A stretch of DNA of 64,000 bases, taken from NCBI GenBank assembly GCA_001768195.1, contig MENI01000097.1, positions 4,908 to 68,907 on the forward strand, read 5' to 3'. Shown here in pieces: positions 56,526-64,000 of the stretch; position 1 is the first letter of the stretch, and each line of letters starts with the position of its first letter. The notes under the pieces were generated by a model. That model was not told the DNA's origin and did no database searches. It saw only the letters and a program-made list of their open reading frames with translations. Position numbers and translations under genes: made by a program. This DNA comes from Bacteroidetes bacterium GWA2_40_15 (GTDB lineage: Bacteria; Bacteroidota; Bacteroidia; Bacteroidales; VadinHA17).

Positions 56526-57326
56526 CTATTCAATCAACCTTAAAATGTCAGTCGGGATATTACGGTTCAGAATTGATATTTGCTGATGAGGATTCAGGAT
56601 AATCCCCTTTTCGGAGAATATCTGTTGCAGGGCCTGAAGAGCTTTTTCGGGAGTGTTGTTGTTCTTGCTCAGATGAGCAAGACAGATATGGCTGATATTG
56701 TCATTGATAATATCTGCCAGGAAAGCCGATGTCTGACGGTTTCCTAAATGACCATTGTCTGATTGTATTCTTGCCTTTAAAAATGGAGGGTATCTGCCAT
56801 TAATCAACATCTCTTCATCGTAATTCGACTCAATAACAAGCATATTGGCTGCTTTAATATATGGAGCAACTGTCTGGCAGATGTGTCCAAGGTCGGTGGC
56901 AATGGTTATTTTTTTCTCACCGGCACAAATGTGGAATCCTATGGTTTCAGGAGCATCATGACAAACCGGGAATGCTTCGATATCAAAACCAGCTATTTTG
57001 AATTTTTGCTGTACCGGTATTTCGCGGATACAGTCTCTGGATATTTTGTTTTTTGGAGAGAGAATACTCTTCCAGATTTTATCAGTGGTGAATGCAGGAA
57101 GACTCTCTTTCCTGGTAAGCACTTCCAGTCCTCTGATATGATCTATATGATTGTGTGTTATCAGAACACCCATAATAGTCCGCATGGAAACGTCAATATT
57201 CTTTAGAAATTTTCGTATAGATGTTGCTGAAATTCCGGCATCTATGAGTATTCCATGGAACTCGTTACCCAGGTAATAACAATTTCCGCTGCTTCCGCTG
57301 CTAAGACTGTAAAAATTCAATCTCAT
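56526..57326 (-). CDS. MBL-fold metallo-hydrolase (YycJ-like)
   Basis: SSGSSGNCYY and ITHNHIDHIRG motifs. Confidence 0.75.
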   Translation of the reverse strand: MRLNFYSLSSGSSGNCYYLGNEFHGILIDAGISATSIRKFLKNIDVSMRTIMGVLITHNHIDHIRGLEVLTRKESLPAFTTDKIWKSILSPKNKISRDCIREIPVQQKFKIAGFDIEAFPVCHDAPETIGFHICAGEKKITIATDLGHICQTVAPYIKAANMLVIESNYDEEMLINGRYPPFLKARIQSDNGHLGNRQTSAFLADIINDNISHICLAHLSKNNNTPEKALQALQQIFSEKGIILNPHQQISILNRNIPTDILRLIE

Positions 57327-57363
57327 TAATGCTTTTTTCTTTGGGTTTAAAGGTATAGATTAT

Positions 57364-57460
57364 TTCATGATCCTTATATGGTTGCAACCTAAGGAAAAAG
57401 CCCCGGTACTTTCGCACCAGGGCTTTTCTTCGTTGACAAGAGGTCTGAAAAATCTAACCT
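57364..57460. repeat. structured intergenic element of about 97 nt, copy A
   Basis: Contains ttcatgatcct..tgc..ctaaggaaaaagcccc-[hairpin]-agggcttttcttcgttgacaagaggtctgaaaaatctaacc. Its modules recur at 61936-61968 and 63010-63359. Confidence 0.6.
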
Positions 57461-57579
57461 TTATCTGATGATACAATGTTAGTCTACTTAAGCTGAAGGA
57501 GCTTATATCATCATCAAAGGAATTATCATTTTGTACCTGTAATAAGTAGCTTTGTGGTATATCTGGAAGTAAATCCCTT

Positions 57580-59385
57580 TCACTTAGACATGGTTACCCT
57601 TGAGTTGATCTGTCTTGAAGCCGTAATAACCTCATTACCACTTTCAAAACTTATTCTTTTGGCAGGTTTGTCATATTTAACATGGAAATCTTTAAATCCC
57701 CCATAGCTGTATCCATTAACAAAATACTCGTTTTTACCAGTTGGTATTAGTTTAACGGTATGAATATCACACTTTGGGAATACCTTTAGAATATAAAACC
57801 CGTTTATTTGTGAATTGTCATTAAATGAGAGTTGCATCAGGACTTCAGCTTTATCAAGGTGGAATGCCAATGAATAATTCTTACTACCGTTTTGTTCATC
57901 TTTGTTATATATGCTTACTGAGGAACATTTACCAGCCTTTGATACGATATAATTCCAGAAATCAATAGTAGCGACGTTCCCCTTTTCATCAAATGCTGCC
58001 TTCTTCATTTTATCATCTGCATATTTTCCGAAATCCTTAAGATCTCCACTTGTAATATACGATACAAATATTTTACAGACCTCATATTCTGACGATAAGT
58101 CAGTTATTTCCTTGTAAAGATTGTAATTAAAAAGGGTAATATTGCCTTGGTTGTCTGTTTCCAGGAACAATGAATCTTTGCGGGATGTAATATTTATAAA
58201 ATTGACATCATCCAATAAGTAGCTGCCAGTTTTTAGATTACCATGTTTTTTTGCAGGCATTGGCAAATATGCGACGTTTTTGCCTTTCATGATCCTTACG
58301 ATATCCTCGGTAATTTCATCAACCCAGGAATAGTTGACTGAAGAGGGACCATCCTGTGACTTATCCTTCACCAGGTTAGATAGAATTACTATTGAAATGT
58401 TCTCTTCAGGTACAAATCCGATTCTTGTAGAGAAACCTTTAATGCTGCCTCCGTGTGAGTATAGATTCACACCATCCAAAACATTCTTTTCCCACCCTGC
58501 AGTCCATAACTTGTTTCCCTTGTTGATAACAAAACACGTATCAAGCATTAGATTCAAAGTTTCTTCATTAAGCAGACGTTGTGATAAGATAGCTTCAAGA
58601 AACTTATGAAGATCAGAAACTGAAGAATACAAGCCTGCTGCACCTATGAGCCACCCTGGAAACATATCCTCCTTTACTGGCATTATATTGGTGGTCCCTA
58701 TTCCGATATAACCATTTACCGGTTGTTCCGGAAGAAATCGCTGACCAAAGGTGTTAGTCATTCCTGCCACAGAAAATATATCTTTATTCAGATAATCCAA
58801 ATAATCCATACCGGTTACCTTTTCTATAATATAACCCAGAAGGAGATACCCATAGTTATTATAATTAAATTTTTCCCCTGGTCTGCTATTCAAATTGGTA
58901 TCTCTGAATCTTGATATCAGCTGGTCTGTCGTAACGATTTCACTGTCAGACACGACTATTTTTCCGTGATTACTGGAATTATCCGTCTGGGCAAGATTCG
59001 CACTCATCCCGGATGTATGGTTGAGAAGATTGATAAGTGTTAAGCTGTCAGTATTGTCATTGATAAATCCCGGGATGTACTTGTCAACCTTATCATATAT
59101 ACTAAGTTTTCCATCCTCATGAAGCTTAAGAATTGCCGTTGCTGTAAAGACCTTTGTAACTGAAGCAAGGTTAAATAAACTTGATTCTTTGACAGGGTAT
59201 TTATTCTCCCTGTCGGCAAAACCATAATTCTGCTGAAAAACTATTTCGCCATTACGGGCTACAAGGACACTTCCGTTGAATCTGTTATATGCATAGTATC
59301 CATCGAGAAGGTCGGAAATACTCTGAGAACTGACTGAATTGACAATCGTTTCAAGTATTATTAAAAACAAAAATGCTTTTTTCAT
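57580..59385 (-). CDS. secreted serine hydrolase (class C beta-lactamase/PBP4-like family) with an extra C-terminal domain
   Basis: The ATG at 59385 gives signal peptide MKKAFLFLIILETIVNSVSSQ. S-x-x-K motif SVTKVF. Confidence 0.75.
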   Translation of the reverse strand: MKKAFLFLIILETIVNSVSSQSISDLLDGYYAYNRFNGSVLVARNGEIVFQQNYGFADRENKYPVKESSLFNLASVTKVFTATAILKLHEDGKLSIYDKVDKYIPGFINDNTDSLTLINLLNHTSGMSANLAQTDNSSNHGKIVVSDSEIVTTDQLISRFRDTNLNSRPGEKFNYNNYGYLLLGYIIEKVTGMDYLDYLNKDIFSVAGMTNTFGQRFLPEQPVNGYIGIGTTNIMPVKEDMFPGWLIGAAGLYSSVSDLHKFLEAILSQRLLNEETLNLMLDTCFVINKGNKLWTAGWEKNVLDGVNLYSHGGSIKGFSTRIGFVPEENISIVILSNLVKDKSQDGPSSVNYSWVDEITEDIVRIMKGKNVAYLPMPAKKHGNLKTGSYLLDDVNFINITSRKDSLFLETDNQGNITLFNYNLYKEITDLSSEYEVCKIFVSYITSGDLKDFGKYADDKMKKAAFDEKGNVATIDFWNYIVSKAGKCSSVSIYNKDEQNGSKNYSLAFHLDKAEVLMQLSFNDNSQINGFYILKVFPKCDIHTVKLIPTGKNEYFVNGYSYGGFKDFHVKYDKPAKRISFESGNEVITASRQINSRVTMSK

Positions 59386-59621
59386 GATATAAAAATTTAT
59401 TAAATTAATACTTATCGACAAAATAATGTAAAGCACTAATAGAGAACAAAATACTTATACGAGCATTGTGAAAAATTATCTAAATGTTGAGATTTATTAC
59501 CAAATATGACTTCAGATAGAAAATCAATAAGTTTGAATCGTAAAAATGATCATTGGAATAATTTATATGTAGAATTGATACTTATTCGATAATATTATAT
59601 CTTTTCAGAGAATAAAAGGGA

Positions 59622-60653
59622 ATGAGTAAACTCACCAGAACATATATTGAGGTAATATCACATATCTTATTGTGGACCTTACCAACTTACCTGATAATCC
59701 GGTATGATCTCATGAGTTTTGAGTATCTGCATGGCAGGTATTTCACTTTTCCGCTTATAATCAGTGTCATTTTAAACATGTTGATTGTTTATTTCAACAT
59801 ATTTGTCCTCTTCCCTGCTCTGAATAAGAAAAAACTAACACCTGTACTTTATTCGCTTGTACTCATCTTTATTATCATCCTGATAGCTTTCCTGAAAGTA
59901 CAGATAGACAATCAGTTTGTATGGCACTATTTCTCAAGAAGAACTTCAGATCATGGGAGATACGTGATGGAATTAATTGTCAATTTCTTTTTTGCAGGTC
60001 AGTCTGTTTTATATTGCATTGTTAAAGAATGGATCAGGAATAAGATTAATGAACAGAAACTTGTTGAAGAAAAGCTCTCCCTGGAATTAAAGTATTTGAA
60101 ATCCCAGATAAATCCACATTTCTTATATAACACTCTCAATAATCTTTATTCCCTCGCCCTGAAGAATAATGATAACGAAACTGCAGTTGGAATAGCAAAA
60201 CTCTCTAATATTATGAGATTTATGCTCAGCGAAGTGGATGAGAAAATGATATTGCTGGAAAGAGAGGTTGGATATCTTGGAAGTTATATTGAGCTTCAGA
60301 AATTGAGATTTTCTGAAAAAGACGATGTAGAGATCAATTTCAGGATTGAAGGAGACATTTCAGATATAAGAATACATCCTTTTATGTTTATTGTTTTCAT
60401 TGAAAATGCTTTTAAATATGGGATCAATATCAGGAAACATTCTTTTATAGATATTAAATTTGTGGTACTAAATAGTGAACTTAAATTCAGTATCAGTAAT
60501 TCGATACATTATAAAAATGATTTGCCTGATCCCGGGATTGGTCTGAGTAATATCAGGGACCGCCTTAAACTTATTTATCAGGATAAATTTAACCTGGAAA
60601 TAAATTCAGGGGATGATATCTTTAATGTAGATTTGGTAATCAGATTAACTTAA
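59622..60653 (+). CDS. LytS/YehU-type sensor histidine kinase
   Basis: N-terminal TM helices, then the His_kinase motif QINPHFLYNTLNNLYSLA and a GHKL-like C-terminus. Confidence 0.8.
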   Translation: MSKLTRTYIEVISHILLWTLPTYLIIRYDLMSFEYLHGRYFTFPLIISVILNMLIVYFNIFVLFPALNKKKLTPVLYSLVLIFIIILIAFLKVQIDNQFVWHYFSRRTSDHGRYVMELIVNFFFAGQSVLYCIVKEWIRNKINEQKLVEEKLSLELKYLKSQINPHFLYNTLNNLYSLALKNNDNETAVGIAKLSNIMRFMLSEVDEKMILLEREVGYLGSYIELQKLRFSEKDDVEINFRIEGDISDIRIHPFMFIVFIENAFKYGINIRKHSFIDIKFVVLNSELKFSISNSIHYKNDLPDPGIGLSNIRDRLKLIYQDKFNLEINSGDDIFNVDLVIRLT

Positions 60654-60658
60654 AGGAT

Positions 60659-61369
60659 ATGACATGCATAGCAGTTGATGATGAGCCTAAAGCGCTGGAC
60701 ATACTGACTTTATTCATCGCCAGAGTTTCTTTTCTTGAATTGCTTGGAACTTTCAGGGATCCTTTTGAGGCATTGAATTATACGGCAGAGAACAAACCTG
60801 ATCTGATTTTCCTCGATATCAGCATGCCTGAAATGACAGGCTTGCAGCTACTCAGATCCTTATCAAACCCTCCTATGGTAATACTTACTACAGCGTATTC
60901 CGAGCATGCTTTGGATGGTTATGAGCTCAATGTAATTGATTATCTGTTAAAACCATTTGAGTTTGAAAGGTTTCTTAAAGCTGTAATGAAAGCAAAAGAA
61001 TTATCAGCTTTAAAAGCAGGGTCTGTCAGGGAGGAAAAGAAATCCAGGGGCAAAGAAGACAAGGTGGTCTTTATTAAAGAAGGTACAAAAATATACAGGA
61101 TAAAGATTGATGCAATCCAGTACGTTGAAGGTCTTGGTAACTATGTAATATTTTTCCTTCCTGATAAAAAAATAGTCTCCTATCTGAGCATTCACGATGT
61201 TCTTAATATGCTGCCTCCGGATCAGTTTTGCAGGATCCATAAATCATACGTGGTTTCATTAGAACATATTGATATTATTGAGAAGCATCAGGTAATAATT
61301 GACAATAAACCTATACCGATAGGTCTTACTTACCGTGAAAAATTTGTCCGGATAACAGGTAAGAAATAA
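60659..61369 (+). CDS. LytTR-family response regulator
   Basis: Receiver domain (AVDDEP..DLIFLDISMP) plus a LytTR DNA-binding domain (IQYVEGLGNYV..FCRIHKSYVV). Confidence 0.85.
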   Translation: MTCIAVDDEPKALDILTLFIARVSFLELLGTFRDPFEALNYTAENKPDLIFLDISMPEMTGLQLLRSLSNPPMVILTTAYSEHALDGYELNVIDYLLKPFEFERFLKAVMKAKELSALKAGSVREEKKSRGKEDKVVFIKEGTKIYRIKIDAIQYVEGLGNYVIFFLPDKKIVSYLSIHDVLNMLPPDQFCRIHKSYVVSLEHIDIIEKHQVIIDNKPIPIGLTYREKFVRITGKK

Positions 61370-61550
61370 TCTTTAAGCCAATAGTAGAAATTGGAAGAAA
61401 TACACCATAATTTTTAGGATATAAATCCGACGGGACCTTCGATTTCAATTTGGTATCTTCTGAAGGATCTGCTTTGTATTGTGCCAGGATCGAAGTTAAT
61501 TGAGTTGATAGGAGGGCTAATGAAATCCTGTAAAAACACGAGTATACTCT

Positions 61551-61880
61551 TATAAAAATCAATATTTATACACACCTCGGTCCGATGCTGAAAGTGGATA
61601 GATTTTGCCTGTCCTGCTTCAATTTATGTTTGACAATGGATTCAGATTACAGGCAGGCCCGCAAGTGGGTTTTCTGGTAAGCGCAGACAATAAGGATAAT
61701 CTGAATCCTGTTGACTTTGGTGTGAGTATTGGTGCAAGCTATGTAGTTCCATCAACAGGCTTTGGCATTGATACAAGATATAATCTTGGACTAAGCAACA
61801 TAAATAAAGACGATGCTGTAAAATCGACCAACAGGGGACTTCAATTGGGTCTCTTTTATATTTTTGGTCATACAAAATAG
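61551..61880 (+). pseudogene. C-terminal remnant of an outer-membrane beta-barrel (porin-family, OMP_b-brl_2-like) gene
   Basis: ILPVLLQFMFDNGFRLQAGPQVGFLVSA..RYNLGLSNI..LQLGLFYIFG matches the last strands of this family. The in-frame upstream sequence is interrupted by TAG at ~61596 and by TAA/TGA further up. No signal peptide. Confidence 0.5.
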
Positions 61881-61935
61881 TAGTTCCTTAATAATCAGGT
61901 TTATAAAGGATTACTTTGTGAACCTGTAAGAAGAG

Positions 61936-61968
61936 TCTTTGTAGACAAGAGGTTTGAAATATCTAACC
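61936..61968. repeat. copy D of the 3' module (tctttgtagacaagaggtttgaaatatctaacc)
   Basis: Near-identical to 63328-63359 and similar to 57428-57459. Confidence 0.6.
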
Positions 61969-62036
61969 TTGAGTTGATAAATGATATGGATAAAGTTTTA
62001 GGACTTGATGAGGTTTTATCTATTATTAAGTAATAA

Positions 62037-62768
62037 TCAATCTTTGATACAGCGGATACTTGCACCTACTACCTTTCCATTAATTGATGGTTTTACTGAA
62101 GGATAAACTAATTTTTGAATACTATCTGACCATGTACTTAGTCCATAGAAAAGTGGTCTTCTTTCATATTGTGTCCCCATATAAAATTGCCCTTCAACTA
62201 AACTACTCGACCACCAGAGACCTTGCATGTTTATTCCAGTATATGTTCCATTCCAAGGTGCACGATAACCTCCGGGCAGTGCGGTAAAACCACTTGAATT
62301 ATCTGAATTATTGGGAGTTGGCCAATGGGCAGTACCTTCTTCTTTTAGTTTTATGCCTGCACTGTCTGTGCCGCCTAAATTGTAAATAAGCTGGGACCAG
62401 TCTTCTATTGAAGGTATATGCCATCCTGAAGGACATAACTTACCAGTTGCAACAGCAAAATAATTATATAAGGCACCATAAATATCTCTGTAATTTTTTT
62501 CATTGTTATTATAGAAACACACTCCTGGTGAATTTAAAGAGATCCAAACTGAATTATCGTTAACTTTTGGTATATCTGTACCGTTATTAAAATGAGTTGT
62601 CTTAAGATTTTCAGCCATCCATACCTGTTCACCTATCTTGATGGTTTTGTAATAAATACTGTCATTATAGGTAACATCCTCAATGTTTTCATCTTTACAA
62701 CAAGATTTGATCACTATGATAAGTAGAAATAATGCTGAGGCTATAAAAATATTTTTTAATGACAACAT
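62037..62768 (-). CDS. FISUMP-domain (Fibrobacter succinogenes major paralogous domain) secreted protein
   Basis: YKTIKIGEQVWMAENLK, YGALYNY, CPSGWHIPSIEDW and GASIRCIKD motifs. Confidence 0.8.
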   Translation of the reverse strand: MLSLKNIFIASALFLLIIVIKSCCKDENIEDVTYNDSIYYKTIKIGEQVWMAENLKTTHFNNGTDIPKVNDNSVWISLNSPGVCFYNNNEKNYRDIYGALYNYFAVATGKLCPSGWHIPSIEDWSQLIYNLGGTDSAGIKLKEEGTAHWPTPNNSDNSSGFTALPGGYRAPWNGTYTGINMQGLWWSSSLVEGQFYMGTQYERRPLFYGLSTWSDSIQKLVYPSVKPSINGKVVGASIRCIKD

Positions 62769-63009
62769 GTTTATTAACTTAAATAGAACCCAGTTTAATA
62801 TAAGGTTAAAACTAGCAAAAGCAAAATCTAATTTACATGAGTAAAATATAGCAATTTTTTAAATCATTTTCACAAATTGCAGATATGATGATTATAGCTT
62901 AAGTACTAAAAATACAATACAAAGGATTAAAATGTTTCTTATTTCAAAATAAAAGCCTGTAAGTTATTAATATACACACTTATCTGTTTTTGCTATTTAG
63001 CGAATGGAG

Positions 63010-63359
63010 GATTGTTTCATGATCCTCTTTTGAGTGCCTAACAAAGGAAAATTTCTGCATCCGCCTGTTACAGAAGATTATAAAATAGTCACCGCTCTTT
63101 GCGAAGCAGAGAGGGGATGGGGGTGAGTACATGAAGGAAACATGAAAGATTAATTCATGATCCTCAAAGGGAGTGCTTAACAAGGAAAAAGCCCTGCATC
63201 CGCCTGGGAGGGACATGCCATGGCATGTCCCTCCATCATATTTTGATATTATCTGTAGGGTCACGCCATGGCGTGACCTAAACCATGATAATCAATAATC
63301 CCCGGCGCTTTAGCGCCAGGGGTTTTTCTTTGTAGACAAGAGGTTAGAAATATCTAACC
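63010..63359. repeat. composite repeat region: partial copy B plus copy C of the structured element, with two nested catggc-core palindromes
   Basis: The 5' modules at 63010-63067 and 63148-63206 are direct repeats. The palindromes are at 63207-63234 and 63259-63278. The terminal hairpin plus 3' module is at 63296-63359. Confidence 0.6.
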
Positions 63360-63495
63360 AAGCTCTAATCAGAGACATGGCTGGAATTGTTATGCTGGGG
63401 GTTTTGCTTTAAAATAAATTTGCCATTGGCTTTCTTCTGGCGTAGCTTTGATAGATCATTAACTTACTATTATTTAATAACTAAAGCCTGTAACT

Positions 63496-63927
63496 ATGAA
63501 AAAAATTATCTTTTTAAGCCTAATTATTTCGTTATTCGGGAGCTGTACTCAGCAGCAACAAGTCGTTAAGTCCCCACTAGATGGTGCTTGGGACCTGATT
63601 AGTTATGAGCAGCGGCATGGTGATACAATAATTTTGCAACTTGGCAAGGATTTTACCGGGTCAGAGATGAAAATTTGGTCGGGGAAATATTTCAATTACG
63701 TAGGTCAATATAAAATGGCTGATAGCACCATGAATAACTATGGAGGAGGGACATTTACTCTTGTTGGAAACCGCTGTGATGAGATTAAAACGTTTCCTAC
63801 CCCTACCACTGTTAAATTGTTGCTAGAAATAAAGAACGATACTATTACACAAACATGGCCTGTGGATGACAATGGACAAGTCAACAATAACGATTATTAC
63901 ATTCAAAAGCTTATAAGAAAACAATAA
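63496..63927 (+). CDS. small lipoprotein (lipocalin-like/DUF-type)
   Basis: Lipobox SLFGSC. 143 aa. No catalytic motif recognised. Confidence 0.55.
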   Translation: MKKIIFLSLIISLFGSCTQQQQVVKSPLDGAWDLISYEQRHGDTIILQLGKDFTGSEMKIWSGKYFNYVGQYKMADSTMNNYGGGTFTLVGNRCDEIKTFPTPTTVKLLLEIKNDTITQTWPVDDNGQVNNNDYYIQKLIRKQ

Positions 63928-63969
63928 CATAGCTGTTTGACCCTACTTCCTATACTTTGCTTTGGAATC

Positions 63970-64000
63970 AGCCCTCTGGAATCTGTTCGGGGGGCTTTTT
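63970..64000 (+). terminator. rho-independent terminator (agccctc..ggggggct + ttttt)
   Basis: Hairpin followed by a T-run about 40 nt after the stop at 63927. Truncated by the window edge. Confidence 0.5.

Noticed and set aside
61326-61562. A 78-aa minus-strand ORF downstream of the response regulator gene.
   Set aside because: It overlaps the response regulator 3' end and the porin-remnant region and has no recognisable features. It is probably spurious.
63010-63206. Possible CRISPR array suggested by repeated ~55-nt modules.
   Set aside because: There are only two copies, they are imperfect and longer than CRISPR repeats, there is no regular repeat-spacer periodicity, and there are no cas genes in the window.
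62980-63264. A 94-aa minus-strand ORF in the large intergenic region.
   Set aside because: Its sequence is built from the two direct repeat modules and the palindromes (for example GGCRAFSLLSTPFEDHELI and NRRMQKFSFVRHSKEDHETI are translations of the repeat). It is most likely non-coding.
1-64000. A search by eye for defence systems, prophage genes, integrases, toxin-antitoxin pairs, retron or DGR reverse transcriptases, rRNA, tmRNA, RNase P RNA, SRP RNA and common riboswitch cores.
   Set aside because: None recognised. RadC is present but in a housekeeping context (folK, rpsT). Absence by eye is weak evidence, and Rfam and defence-finder scans would be needed.

Overview
The window looks like a chromosomal segment from a Bacteroidota-type genome. 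Support: AT-rich intergenic DNA with several perfect TAnnTTTG -7 promoter boxes, little Shine-Dalgarno signal, FISUMP-domain and LytTR genes, many lipoproteins and many Tat-signal periplasmic enzymes. I support about 55 protein-coding genes, one tRNA-Glu(TTC), two decayed IS copies, three gene remnants and several families of intergenic palindromes and repeats. I saw no rRNA, CRISPR array, prophage or recognisable defence system.

Gene content by region:
- 1-19.1 kb is mostly housekeeping: asd, PNP, lpxK, sppA, folK, radC, rpsT, tRNA-Glu and class I fumarase. Secreted hydrolases are interspersed.
- 19.1-22.6 kb is a visibly GC-richer lipoprotein gene bracketed by two directly repeated, internally deleted IS remnants.
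- 22.7-34.0 kb is a same-strand cluster of extracytoplasmic enzymes: a NapC/NirT tetrahaem cytochrome fused to an FGE/SUMF1 domain, a Tat Gfo/Idh/MocA oxidoreductase, a Tat TIM-barrel isomerase-like protein, a lactonase, a GH-like protein and an NPP phosphodiesterase. glpK-glpF follow it.
- 34.6-40 kb holds a cation/proton antiporter, a GpgS-like GT fused to a HAD phosphatase, and a SulP transporter fused to a beta-carbonic anhydrase.
- 40-43.3 kb holds cbpA-cbpM, then a glycogen-synthase-like GT with a stand-alone CBM48 protein.
- 46.8-56.5 kb is a sugar-acid locus: a UxaA-like dehydratase with an odd Tat-like leader, an IlvD-type pentonate dehydratase, an FAH-family dehydratase, a GntP permease and a KGSA-type aldehyde dehydrogenase. 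A convergent kdgT-larA-like pair follows.
- 57-64 kb holds a serine hydrolase, a LytS/LytTR two-component pair, a porin remnant, a FISUMP protein, and a repeated structured intergenic element of about 100 nt.

Best candidates for something undescribed:
1. The IS-bracketed foreign BNR/ConA-like lipoprotein module.
2. The cytochrome-FGE fusion and its periplasmic oxidoreductase cluster.
3. The KdgT/LarA-like pair beside a Weimberg-like pathway that includes a Tat-leader UxaA homologue.
4. The repeated hairpin-containing intergenic element family.

All functional calls come from motif recognition by eye, with no BLAST or HMM run. Coordinates of non-CDS features were hand-indexed and may be off by 1-3 nt.
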